The position numbers and the translations under genes were made by a program. Under the pieces are notes generated by a model. That model was given only the letters and a program-made list of their open reading frames with translations, was not told where the DNA came from and did not search any database. A DNA stretch of 64,000 nt from Bacteriovoracaceae bacterium (GTDB lineage: Bacteria; Bdellovibrionota; Bacteriovoracia; Bacteriovoracales; Bacteriovoracaceae), in contig OZ244226.1 of NCBI GenBank assembly GCA_965217035.1, forward strand, positions 2,152,146 to 2,216,145, read 5' to 3'. This document shows positions 1-9,674 of the stretch, in pieces. The stretch's first letter is position 1. The number at the start of each line of letters is the position of its first letter.

Positions 1-1
1 A

Positions 2-907
2 GCAGATAAATTAATTCTAGTACGTTATGATTTTTTCCCTCAGCTTCTTATACTTGGGACTAGGATGAAGTTCTTTGCATTATTTTCGGCATCAGTGAAA
101 GCGATTAAGAATAAGAATTTTTTTATAAGAAGGATTTATCGATCAGTCTTTAAACTTTTTGATTTAATTGTGCCTGTGAATTCAAAAGAACTTGCCTGGT
201 TTCAAGAGTACTTTAAGATTTCATCGAATCGATTGATTCAAGCGGATTTGAGAGTTAATCAGATTCAAAAAAGAATTGATAACGCTTCAGAAACTCTTTT
301 GACTCGTTTTTCCTGGTGGAAGCATATCGAGGATTATTTAGGCAAACAAACGATTCCTAAATTAATGATTGGAAATTTCTGGGAAGATGAGACAGAAGGT
401 TATTCAATGGAGGAAATTGCTGATGCTGTCTTAAGAAGAGAAATTTCTCTTTCAATCGCTCCTCATAACTTAAATGAGAAAGTTAACGATTTTATCGAAA
501 AATTTTTTAAAAAGAAAAACCTGAAAGTTATAAAAATCAATGAAGATTATAAGCCAGTTGAAATTCCGGAGAATTCAATCCTTCTTTTTGATATAAAAGG
601 TGTGCTTTGCGAGCTCTACCGTTATTTTGATATCGCCTTAGTGGGAGGAGGTTTTCAAAGAAATGCGCATTCTCTTTTAGAGCCCTTTGTAGGGGGAGCT
701 AAGGTGATAACAGGGCCAAGAGTTGAGAAGTCTTCAGAGTATGATTTTATACACTCATATAATTCCAATGCTATAAAAGTACATATTCCTTCTTCTTCTC
801 TTGAAATTGGGAGTTGGAAAAATTGGATGAAGGAAAAAAACTTTAGAGACTCTGAAAACGGTGATAAACTTTCTTCATTGATGGAGAGAGTTAATAGTGT
901 TGAATGA
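2..907 (+). CDS. waaA: Kdo transferase (WaaA/KdtA-like), 5' end cut off by the window
   Basis: Frame is open from base 2 (ADKLILVRYDFFPQLL...). C-terminal LCELYRYFDIALVGGGF...HSLLEP...VITGP matches the WaaA GT-B motif. Confidence 0.7.
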   Translation, partial: ADKLILVRYDFFPQLLILGTRMKFFALFSASVKAIKNKNFFIRRIYRSVFKLFDLIVPVNSKELAWFQEYFKISSNRLIQADLRVNQIQKRIDNASETLLTRFSWWKHIEDYLGKQTIPKLMIGNFWEDETEGYSMEEIADAVLRREISLSIAPHNLNEKVNDFIEKFFKKKNLKVIKINEDYKPVEIPENSILLFDIKGVLCELYRYFDIALVGGGFQRNAHSLLEPFVGGAKVITGPRVEKSSEYDFIHSYNSNAIKVHIPSSSLEIGSWKNWMKEKNFRDSENGDKLSSLMERVNSVE

Positions 908-1886
908 TTTTGAGTTACTTTATCTTGGAGAAAGCTTAGAGGCTTATATTGATATCGCTCAAACAGGTGATTGGGAATCCTCTGCGATTGCTTCAGAAAG
1001 TACTGATAGACTAGATTCTGACCTGATTATTTTATCTGAAAAACAACTAGATTCTTTCAAAAATCTAAGTCTTTCAAAAACATTAACCTCTTACAAAAGG
1101 GGTCTTGATCTCTTTCAGCCCTTTTCTTTTTTTCTAAATTTTAACCAAAGAAAGATTCTATTAGGGAGATCGTTTAAAAACAATGAACGAGAGTTAAGAA
1201 GGTTTAATACTTCGGATAAATTATCAAATGAAATGCTTAAAAACTTATTAAGTAATTGTTTTAGAGCAATTTTTTGGAACAAAGTCGATTACGATAAGGA
1301 ACACCTTATGCAACCTTATTATTTTGCTAATCGAAAAGAAGTTCTTTCTTATTTTAAAGATTCATTTTGTCAAAATAATGGAACTTATATAATGGGGGAT
1401 ATTAATGAAATTTCTTTTAAAAAACCACAGGCTGTTACTTTTGATTCCCTATGGGGCAAGTGCTTGGTTCAAGACTTTAAGATAAATTCTTATTCTCGTT
1501 TAGAAGGACTGCGAGAATTTGAATTTAAAACGGCTTATCCTTGTTATAATAGAACAAGACTTGAAATGAATCTTTCTGAAGAAATTAATTTTATTCCAAA
1601 TATCTATCTTGACTACTCTTTAAAGAATCAATGGATACCATTTGGCTTTTTCTTTACTCAAGGAAAGAGAGTCATCCTTGATCTTTATTCCTTAGAGAAT
1701 GGAACAACAAAACAAACTTATCGTGAGAAGATTGCGAAGGCCTTTCTTGCTATGGTTAATAGAAGTCTCAATTTGCCGTTTGATTCACAGTCACAACCTG
1801 AATTCTCACACTATACCCATTACTCAAGAGAGGCTGAAGCTGAGGCCGAGCGCCAACTTGCAATCGAACACATAAATATCAAGTAG
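897..1886 (+). CDS. hypothetical protein
   Basis: 329-aa ORF overlapping the waaA stop; no recognisable motif. Confidence 0.6.
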   Translation: MLNDFELLYLGESLEAYIDIAQTGDWESSAIASESTDRLDSDLIILSEKQLDSFKNLSLSKTLTSYKRGLDLFQPFSFFLNFNQRKILLGRSFKNNERELRRFNTSDKLSNEMLKNLLSNCFRAIFWNKVDYDKEHLMQPYYFANRKEVLSYFKDSFCQNNGTYIMGDINEISFKKPQAVTFDSLWGKCLVQDFKINSYSRLEGLREFEFKTAYPCYNRTRLEMNLSEEINFIPNIYLDYSLKNQWIPFGFFFTQGKRVILDLYSLENGTTKQTYREKIAKAFLAMVNRSLNLPFDSQSQPEFSHYTHYSREAEAEAERQLAIEHINIK

Positions 1887-1946
1887 TTACGAACTTCTTT
1901 GTTTTCCCTCTATATTAGAGTCCTATTTCTCTTATATAATAGAGTC

Positions 1947-2144
1947 ATGATTTCTCAAAAAGGACAAGCGGTTGTTGAGTATATGATTCTTTTGGTGGTT
2001 GTCGCTGCAGTGGCGATAGGCTTCTATAATAGATTGAAGGAAATGATAGATCAGAATCCTGATGGTATTTTTCTTAGCCCGTTTACTGCGCTTGAGACCC
2101 AAAACCCTCAACAACGTTATAAAAATTTCAGGATTATTAGGTAA
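1947..2144 (+). CDS. Flp/Tad-type pilin-like protein with class III signal peptide
   Basis: MISQKG|QAVVEYMILLVVVAAVAIGF: prepilin cleavage Gly, E+5/Y+6 and a hydrophobic helix. Start set at ATG 1947. Confidence 0.7.
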   Translation: MISQKGQAVVEYMILLVVVAAVAIGFYNRLKEMIDQNPDGIFLSPFTALETQNPQQRYKNFRIIR

Positions 2145-2289
2145 TCTTTTCACTCGCACTCTGTTCAAATTGCGCTCAGTCCCAATGCCTGTTAGATTCC
2201 CCTTGCGATTTTAAAAGTAAAAATGGAACGAACTTTTAGGTCCTTAACCTTGTGTTTTTAGGTAAAACAAAGGGGAGTGGAGGCAAAAA

Positions 2290-3531
2290 ATGAAAAAGAT
2301 GAATGGACTATTACTCTTAACTGCAGTTGTATTTGGCTCACATGCTGTTTATGCAGAGGGGTTGAACCTTGTTGCTCAACAACAAAAGCAACAATACGCT
2401 CAACAAGCTCAACCGTCAGCACCGCAGGTTCAGATCACAAACAAGAGCTACAATTACAATGATCAACCTTTGAATGTTTCGGGTGAAGTTCAGGAAGAGG
2501 AACTTGTTCCTGATTCGGAACTTGAATACATCAACAATGAGCTTGGAAAACAGAAGAGAGCTCATAAGTTGAATAAAGAAAAAGTAAAAGGTTATAAGAA
2601 GCTTAAGAAGCAAACTGAAAAACTTGTTGATTCAACTGAGCAATATGTTGGAGAGAGAAAAGAATCAGAGGCCCTTATTAAAGATTATAACAAGCAAATT
2701 AAATGCCTTCTTGAAGAGAATTCTTACGATCCAGATTGTAAGAAAGAGGAAGAAGATGAGGTAAAAGTTCAGCAAGCAGCTCCTATTGTTGCCCCTGAAC
2801 CTGCTCCGGCGCCAGCACCTGCTCCAATAATTATTGAGAAAGAAGTTGAAGTAGAGAAAAAAGCAAGTTTCCTTGATAAAGTGAAGGTCCTACCAGCGTT
2901 AACGGTTGTGAATTATACTGGTGATAATATTGGGAATATTGAGAGTAATATTGGTGTTGATATCAGAGTGGAGTCTAATGTTTTCTCTAGATTAGCTATT
3001 GGTTTAGGATTCAATTATCACACTGCTAATTTTCAAGATGTACCGTTCTTCGGTGGATTTACAAATCAAGCTTTTTACGGTGGTTACTCTAATTTTTATG
3101 GAGTTGGATTTGGAAATGGATTTGGAAATCGTGGAATTGAGATGGAGTCTTTTGGACTTGATCTTTATGGAAAATTCTTTCTTTTCAGTAGCTCTAAGGT
3201 AAGACCATATATCCTTGGAGGTGTTGGATTCAAACGTGTTAGTTTTGAATATGATAATAACAATGCTTTTGCTTTTAATAACTTTAGTTTTGGAAATGAA
3301 TCTTTTCAAACAAACATCGTAGATGGAAGAGTTGCTGCTGGAGCTGAGTTTACTTTCGGAAGTAATATTGGTTTCTACGGTGAACTTTCTTATGGAATGG
3401 GAATTACGGATTTTGGTGGATCAAACACGAACTTCCTTCTTCCTGATCAGTTGAGACTTAGAGATCTTAGTGACGAGTTCATTGGATCTGGAGTTCTTGC
3501 TCTTACAGGTGGTATGACTTTCGCTTTCTAA
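2290..3531 (+). CDS. outer-membrane beta-barrel protein with N-terminal coiled coil and PAPAP linker
   Basis: Signal peptide (..HAVYA), strong SD GGAGG, amphipathic beta strands (VRPYILGGVGF) and C-terminal Phe (GMTFAF). Confidence 0.75.
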   Translation: MKKMNGLLLLTAVVFGSHAVYAEGLNLVAQQQKQQYAQQAQPSAPQVQITNKSYNYNDQPLNVSGEVQEEELVPDSELEYINNELGKQKRAHKLNKEKVKGYKKLKKQTEKLVDSTEQYVGERKESEALIKDYNKQIKCLLEENSYDPDCKKEEEDEVKVQQAAPIVAPEPAPAPAPAPIIIEKEVEVEKKASFLDKVKVLPALTVVNYTGDNIGNIESNIGVDIRVESNVFSRLAIGLGFNYHTANFQDVPFFGGFTNQAFYGGYSNFYGVGFGNGFGNRGIEMESFGLDLYGKFFLFSSSKVRPYILGGVGFKRVSFEYDNNNAFAFNNFSFGNESFQTNIVDGRVAAGAEFTFGSNIGFYGELSYGMGITDFGGSNTNFLLPDQLRLRDLSDEFIGSGVLALTGGMTFAF

Positions 3532-3556
3532 GCGAAATGCATATATATGGCTAAAT

Positions 3557-3586
3557 AGGGCATCCTTTGTGGATGTCCTTTTTTTT
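3557..3586 (+). terminator. intrinsic terminator
   Basis: GGGCATCC-tttgt-GGATGTCC followed by a T run, just after the barrel gene. Confidence 0.8.
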
Positions 3587-3693
3587 ACATAAAACTTCTT
3601 ACAATCTTGTTTCTAGCTTTTGACGCTCATTTGATGGTTCGTTAGCATACTCTTTTTGACAGCTATTACGAAACCAAGGACGCAGGGTTTAAT

Positions 3694-4683
3694 ATGAGCA
3701 AGATTCTCATTATCTTTTTATTCTCATCTTTTAGTTTTACGGTATTTTCTCAATCAAGGGTTATTTATGGGAAAGATGGGCGTGTTGATACATATGAGTC
3801 ACAAGACCCACTTTTTGCGAAGCTATCAGAGTCGACGGTCGCCCTCTTTAGAAAGAAAAATCTCATAAAAATAGATGGCGAAAGCTATAAAATGAAGGGA
3901 GTGACTTACCAGAAGAGGAAACGGTTATGTGACTCAGAGCGATTCAAGGATCAACCAGCTTATGGTTTTTGTTCAGGATTTCTTGTGGGACCTGATATCG
4001 TGATTACAGCAGGTCATTGTATATCAAGCTGTGATTCAATCGCATTCGTTTTTGATTTTAAAATGAAAAATGCTAAAGAGTTTGAAGAAATTATCCCGAA
4101 AAGCAATGTTTATACCTGCGAAAAGATTCTATCAATCGCAGAAGTTGGCAGTAGAGATCATGCGCTTATTAAGCTTGATAGAACTGTCACGAATAGAGTT
4201 CCTCTTCGTTTAAGAAAAGAAGGCGAGGTTCAAAAAGGAGATCGCTTAATTGTGATAGGTCATCCAGGTGGGATTCCCACTAAGTTAGCGGATGGGGCAG
4301 CTGTAAGAAACTCAAATCCCGGAAAAGATTATTTTACCGCCAATTTAGACACGTATGGAGGAAATTCAGGCTCAGCTGTTTTTAATCTTGATAATGCTTT
4401 GATTGAAGGAATTCTAGTCAGAGGTGCACCTGATTATGTTAAAGTTCCTGGAAAATCATGTTTCGTTTCTAATGTCTGCGAAGATGATGGTTGTGATGGA
4501 GAAGAGGTTACAAAGATATCTGTCGTTCCTGACTTTGATAGAATTAACAGATATCAGAAGTATTACCGATCTAAGAGTAAAAAAATTAGAAACCTTGATC
4601 GCAAAATCTACGGCTTAATTAAAAAGAAAAGACCCTATTATCGTAAAAAGCAATACTACGTGAAAGGTATAAAAATAAAATAA
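3694..4683 (+). CDS. secreted trypsin-like (S1) serine protease
   Basis: Signal peptide; catalytic motifs TAGHC, DHAL and GGNSGS. Confidence 0.9.
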   Translation: MSKILIIFLFSSFSFTVFSQSRVIYGKDGRVDTYESQDPLFAKLSESTVALFRKKNLIKIDGESYKMKGVTYQKRKRLCDSERFKDQPAYGFCSGFLVGPDIVITAGHCISSCDSIAFVFDFKMKNAKEFEEIIPKSNVYTCEKILSIAEVGSRDHALIKLDRTVTNRVPLRLRKEGEVQKGDRLIVIGHPGGIPTKLADGAAVRNSNPGKDYFTANLDTYGGNSGSAVFNLDNALIEGILVRGAPDYVKVPGKSCFVSNVCEDDGCDGEEVTKISVVPDFDRINRYQKYYRSKSKKIRNLDRKIYGLIKKKRPYYRKKQYYVKGIKIK

Positions 4684-4728
4684 TTACTAGGTCGATTTTA
4701 AAGTGAAATTCTTTATTAAAACGTGAAA

Positions 4729-6591
4729 CTAATTAGCAATTGGTATGAAAATAACATTTATAATTTCTTTATGGTCAATACTTGTTGTTGCAAATTCTAT
4801 TCCTCCATCGTCATAGCTGGTCGGATATTTGGATTTTAAAGAGCGCACCTCAAACAGTCTATTTGAGTTTATAACTTCTCTAGCTTTAGGTATTATTTCC
4901 GTTAACATAATAAAAGATCCTTTTTCTATATTTTGATTGCTTGTTTGCAATGCGACTCCTAGAACTGCTGGACTCGAAGCAATTCCAACAATCCTTGAAT
5001 TTCTTGGAAAAGAAAATCCTTCTCCATTTGAATCAATAGGGCCTACAAACTCGACAACCTGATCTGTAAGTGGTGCTAACTCATTAAGCCTTGTGGCTCC
5101 ATAACCAGGAGAGCCAATTAGTTCATTTGGGATAGTGACATTTCTATCCTTTCCAGACTTCCAACCGTATTTATTTAGAATATCATAAGCAATAATCTTA
5201 TTTTCAGGAGAAACGGCCATTGCACGAAAAAAACTTGTACCTGGTGAGTAGACAGGAATTCCGCTCTTCGTAAATGATGATGGAAACCTTCCAAATTCTC
5301 TATTTAAACTTAAGTTGTACTTAATAGCTTCATTTTCAGACTCTTTTACAATAATCTTTTCTTTTTTTATTTGTTCAGCAGCAAGATAGAATCTTTCTGC
5401 AGCAGTCGAGTCTGCAAACTTAACAGCCGGACTTCCTTTTATTAAAATATCTCTTAGATTTCTTATCTTATTTATATTTATTTCTAAATCTTTTATTTTG
5501 CTTATAATGTCTTCATTTTGTGCGATTTCTTCTTCGATAATACTCTCAATACTTTTAGAGGGAAGTTGAGGATCAAAGCTTTCACTAGATGGTTTTATAT
5601 CGAATCGATAAATCATATGAGCATCATTACTGATCCAAAAATGACTTCCATCTTGAATTTGAATTTTAAAGGCGAGTTTAGATAAAGAAAACTCTTTAAT
5701 TTCTCCTCTTATATAATAAGGATTTTGTAGATGCTCGAACATAATAAGTGCTTCATAACCTTTTAGCTTATCTCCTGTTGATTGTTTCCATGGCCAATAA
5801 AATCCTCTGTTGTAAGAAGAGTCCGACTTTATTATTTCACTTGCACTAGTAAAAGAATGTTTTTGCGAATAGGTTTCAATCTTTAATCTTTCATCTAAGT
5901 ACTTACTACTTTGTCCATATCGATATGGATCTTGACTTTTAACTTCCTCCATAAAGTTAGGATTTCTCTCGACAAATGCATTGATAATTTCTTCTGTTGG
6001 CTTTGAAAAATTATTCATATTTTTTCTTTCTATTCTTTTTTTTAATTCTATAATTTCAGATGAAAGAGCCTTTGATTCAGTATCAATTTCTTTTAACTTT
6101 TGGAAGATTGGAGAAGAACCTTCGGATGCTATAAAAAATGAATTCTGTCCTGATTTAATGTTAGATTTTCTAACTCCGTATTTAGTAAGTCTTCCCGAGT
6201 TAGAGTTTATCTGGTCGACTCCTTTTATTAAGTATGAGCCATCTAAGCCCTCTAAAATGGTCCCATCTTCTAATCGATTTATTTGGGCTCTATAGAGAAG
6301 GAAAAAATCGTTATTAAGATCAGTAGGATTACTGTCATTGAAAATGCTAGAGAAGTTTTGCCCTGATTCTCTTCCAGGCCCAAAAAAATGAATAGCCTCT
6401 GAGTCACCTTCTTTGCTCTTTCCTTTAAGCATTGATAAAAACTCTTCTTCACTTAAGCCATCATTGAAGTTTTGGAAAGAGCTTTGATCAATTAAAATTT
6501 CTCTATTGCTCTTAGTATTAATCTTACAGGTTTTATCAAATACTTTCGTTGTAAATAAATAAAGAAGTAGAAAAAAAATTTTTTTATTCAT
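4729..6591 (-). CDS. AT-rich hypothetical protein, possible C-terminal ADP-ribosyltransferase-like domain
   Basis: 620-aa ORF with a short hydrophobic N-terminus and coiled-coil middle. The function call is tentative; see findings. Confidence 0.55.
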   Translation of the reverse strand: MNKKIFFLLLYLFTTKVFDKTCKINTKSNREILIDQSSFQNFNDGLSEEEFLSMLKGKSKEGDSEAIHFFGPGRESGQNFSSIFNDSNPTDLNNDFFLLYRAQINRLEDGTILEGLDGSYLIKGVDQINSNSGRLTKYGVRKSNIKSGQNSFFIASEGSSPIFQKLKEIDTESKALSSEIIELKKRIERKNMNNFSKPTEEIINAFVERNPNFMEEVKSQDPYRYGQSSKYLDERLKIETYSQKHSFTSASEIIKSDSSYNRGFYWPWKQSTGDKLKGYEALIMFEHLQNPYYIRGEIKEFSLSKLAFKIQIQDGSHFWISNDAHMIYRFDIKPSSESFDPQLPSKSIESIIEEEIAQNEDIISKIKDLEININKIRNLRDILIKGSPAVKFADSTAAERFYLAAEQIKKEKIIVKESENEAIKYNLSLNREFGRFPSSFTKSGIPVYSPGTSFFRAMAVSPENKIIAYDILNKYGWKSGKDRNVTIPNELIGSPGYGATRLNELAPLTDQVVEFVGPIDSNGEGFSFPRNSRIVGIASSPAVLGVALQTSNQNIEKGSFIMLTEIIPKAREVINSNRLFEVRSLKSKYPTSYDDGGIEFATTSIDHKEIINVIFIPIAN

Positions 6592-6786
6592 ATCTAGATA
6601 TTTATCGTCAATAAAGCTTCATTTTTTTAATGAAATTTTATTCATAACTAAAATATAACATTTATGAACATACTGAATTTCAAACCTTGATGGATCGTAC
6701 TTTTAAACTTTGTAACTTTTGAGTGAATAAGGTTATAAGGAATATATTTATAGATTAAGTATTTTATTAAAAGTGATAGAGTCTGA

Positions 6787-7530
6787 CTAACGCACTAATG
6801 TATTGATTTTAGATTTGACAAGAGTCTGAGCGCGATCCGAAAACCAAGTATCAAGCCACTTCTTTAATGATTCATCTCTGTTTTGTTGAAAGTTATAAAG
6901 AGATGACTTCCTTAATGCTATTTTTATTTGAGCAATCGCCTGAGATTTTATTTTGATCCTTTTAGCGAGGGCCTCTGCCCTGGTTTTTAAGTTTTCAGAA
7001 ACTGTGATGTCATGAAAGATATTCATTTCACGACATTTTTCCGGATTAAAAAGTGTTGCTTCGTAACAGAGAGAGGGAATAAGGTCTGGGGTTACTTGAG
7101 TTGTTAAAGTGTCTGTGACAGAAGAGGGAAGACCGATTCCGAGTTCAGCTTCCAGTAGTCCTAGTTTGAAGTCTCCTTTCACTCCGATTCGATAATCGGA
7201 TTGCATCATCAAAACGAATCCGCCTGCAATGGCATGGCCATTTACAGCAGCAATAACTGGTCTTTCAAGTGAGTAGAGGTTGATCATGGTATTTTCAAAG
7301 TTTTCCATAAACTCTTTCATTTCTTTTCGATTGAAGTGAATTAATTTTGGAAGCTCCAAGCCAGCTGAAAATATTTTCCCGCTCCCTGTCAGAATCAAAG
7401 GTTTTAAAGGTGTATTTCTAACTTCATCAATTAGTTTGTTCATCTCTGAAAGAAACTCTGGACCCATTGAATTGGCTCCGGGGGCATTCATTTCTAAATA
7501 ACAGTAGTCGTCATGAGATATCAGTTTCAT
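6787..7530 (-). CDS. enoyl-CoA hydratase/isomerase family protein
   Basis: FSAGLEL and IAAVNGHAIAGG crotonase motifs; SD GAGGTG favours the start at 7530. Confidence 0.9.
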   Translation of the reverse strand: MKLISHDDYCYLEMNAPGANSMGPEFLSEMNKLIDEVRNTPLKPLILTGSGKIFSAGLELPKLIHFNRKEMKEFMENFENTMINLYSLERPVIAAVNGHAIAGGFVLMMQSDYRIGVKGDFKLGLLEAELGIGLPSSVTDTLTTQVTPDLIPSLCYEATLFNPEKCREMNIFHDITVSENLKTRAEALAKRIKIKSQAIAQIKIALRKSSLYNFQQNRDESLKKWLDTWFSDRAQTLVKSKINTLVR

Positions 7531-7559
7531 TTTCACCTCTTCGTTCATATCATTATCGA

Positions 7560-8141
7560 ATGGAGAACATAGAAGTTCAAAAATCTTTCTCTGATTACGA
7601 AATTATTCAAGTAAAAAAGCTGCCAGAGCAAAAGTATAAAACTCTTCATAAAAAATACCTGGAAGGGGATTATCAGATTCTTTCTTGGATGGATAGTCTT
7701 ACGGAGTCAGAACAATACAAGCATAAATATCTTAAAAATCTTACGAAAGATGTTTATTGCTTGAAATATGAATTGCGTTTTAAAGGCGAAATGATTGGCT
7801 GGTGTTATGGTTGGCAAGACAGCAAAAGCACCGACTTTTACATGGCCAGTTCTCTCGTGATTCCCGAACATCGGAATAAAGGTCTTTATACCAAAATGTT
7901 GAAAAAGGTTCTCGAGCAAACAAAAGCAGATGGATTGACCTCTGTTCGTTCTCGGCATCTTTGTACTAATAATCCTATCATTATTGCAAAACTTAAATGT
8001 GGCTTCACGATTAATGGTTTTGAGCAAGATGAGGTTATGGGAACTCTTGTCAGAATGATCTTTCATCATAACGAAAAGAGAAAAAAAGCTTCTTTATTTA
8101 GGGCAGGTAAACTCAGTGAAGGCTCCGTTTTTAATAATTAA
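7560..8141 (+). CDS. GNAT family N-acetyltransferase
   Basis: VIPEHRNKGLYT acetyl-CoA motif A and N..II..KLKCGF. Start moved to ATG 7560 to avoid overlapping the divergent gene. Confidence 0.8.
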   Translation: MENIEVQKSFSDYEIIQVKKLPEQKYKTLHKKYLEGDYQILSWMDSLTESEQYKHKYLKNLTKDVYCLKYELRFKGEMIGWCYGWQDSKSTDFYMASSLVIPEHRNKGLYTKMLKKVLEQTKADGLTSVRSRHLCTNNPIIIAKLKCGFTINGFEQDEVMGTLVRMIFHHNEKRKKASLFRAGKLSEGSVFNN

Positions 8142-8374
8142 AATACTCTTCCTTTTTGCTCCCTCAGGTTCATCAAGCATTACTATTCGACAATTGTGAC
8201 GTATCAAGGCATACGGCTCATTGTCTCGAGTTCGTTTCCTAGCTGAGAAACCAAAAATTTTGATTATTTATTTAAGGTCGAAAGTTTTCACAAGCTCTAT
8301 AAAGTATTAGAATTCTAGGGTCGGACACACTCAATTAAGCGTTTTTTATTTAACGCTCTCTAAGGATCATACTT

Positions 8375-9664
8375 ATGGGTCAACCAGTTTATTTAGTTGA
8401 AGGGATTCGGTCTCCTCAAGCTAAGTCAGGTCTCAACTTGAAAGATGTTGCAGCTCCTTACCTTGCTCACTACCTTATCCGCCATTTGGTTAACAAGTTT
8501 GAACTTCCTAAAGACGAAGTAGATGAAGTTATCATCGGGAACACCGGAACTCCGGCGAAGTATCCCAATGTTGGTAGAGTTATTGCCTTGGAAGCTGGTC
8601 TTGATAAAAAGACGAGTGGTTATTCGGTTCATCGAAACTGTGCTTCCGGTATGGAGGCTCTTTCTCAGGGTTTTGACAAAATCTTCAGTGGAAGAAACGA
8701 CCTCATCTTTGCTGGTGGAGCTGAAAGCATGTCGCAAATGCCGTTACTTTTTGGAAAAGAGATGACTGATTTTTTTATTTCTTTAATGAAGGCAAAGACA
8801 TCAAAAGATAAAATGAAAACTTTTCTGGGATTTCGTTTTCCTCACCTCAGTCCTGTTGTGGCGATTGAACAAGGTTTAACTGATCCATTTTGTGGAAAAA
8901 ATATGGGACAAACTGCTGAAATTCTTGCAAGGGAATTTGGTATTTCTCGAGAAGAACAAGATACTTTTGCCAATGAATCTCATCATAAAGCTGTTAAGGC
9001 CATGAGTGAAGGTCATTTTGATGCCGAGATTCTTCCCATTATTTATGGTGAGAAACTCGACACAGTTCTTAGTCATGATATTGGTCCTAGAGCTAAGAGT
9101 TCTATGGAATCTCTCGCGAAATTGAAACCATACTTTGAAAAAAGAACAGGAACGGTCACCGTAGGGAATAGTTGTCCTATCACTGATGGTGGTTCTGTCT
9201 TTCTTATGGCGAGTGAAGAAGCTGTGAAAAAGTATAACTTAAAGCCAATGGCGAGGATGATTGATTATCACTTCGATGGGTTAGAGCCTGAACGGATGGG
9301 AATGGGACCACTTCTTGCCATGAATGGAGTTCTCAAAAGAACAGGGATGACGATGGATCAAATGGATCTCATTGAAATCAATGAAGCTTTTGCTGCTCAA
9401 GTCCAAGCCGTTCGGATGGCCTCAAAAGATAAATCACTTTCCTCTCGCTGGGGAATTGACGAAGTTGTCGGAGAAATTCCTGATGAGAAGTTTAATGTAA
9501 ACGGGGGAGGGATTGCTCTTGGTCATCCCGTTGGATCAACAGGATGCCGGATTGTGGTAACCCTTGCACATGCCCTCAAAAAAAGAGAGAAGAAATATGG
9601 TCTTGCGAGTTTATGTATTGGTGGCGGACAAGGTGGCGCCGTTATTATTGAGAATTTAGCTTAA
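8375..9664 (+). CDS. fadI: acetyl-CoA C-acyltransferase (thiolase, FadI/FadA type)
   Basis: RNCASG, NEAF, GHPVG and CIGGG motifs; directly upstream of the multifunctional enzyme. Confidence 0.85.
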   Translation: MGQPVYLVEGIRSPQAKSGLNLKDVAAPYLAHYLIRHLVNKFELPKDEVDEVIIGNTGTPAKYPNVGRVIALEAGLDKKTSGYSVHRNCASGMEALSQGFDKIFSGRNDLIFAGGAESMSQMPLLFGKEMTDFFISLMKAKTSKDKMKTFLGFRFPHLSPVVAIEQGLTDPFCGKNMGQTAEILAREFGISREEQDTFANESHHKAVKAMSEGHFDAEILPIIYGEKLDTVLSHDIGPRAKSSMESLAKLKPYFEKRTGTVTVGNSCPITDGGSVFLMASEEAVKKYNLKPMARMIDYHFDGLEPERMGMGPLLAMNGVLKRTGMTMDQMDLIEINEAFAAQVQAVRMASKDKSLSSRWGIDEVVGEIPDEKFNVNGGGIALGHPVGSTGCRIVVTLAHALKKREKKYGLASLCIGGGQGGAVIIENLA

Positions 9665-9674
9665 GGAGGAAGTT

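Noticed and set aside
2223..2240. sigma54-like TGGAACG upstream of the barrel gene
   Set aside because: The -12 GC dinucleotide is absent (TTTTA instead of TTGC).
2791..2826. Repetitive DNA encoding APEPAPAPAPAP
   Set aside because: Ordinary low-complexity protein linker, not a DNA repeat element.
8142..8374. Gap between the GNAT and thiolase genes as a possible sRNA or small gene
   Set aside because: No ORF with a credible start and no convincing stem-loop or known RNA motif.
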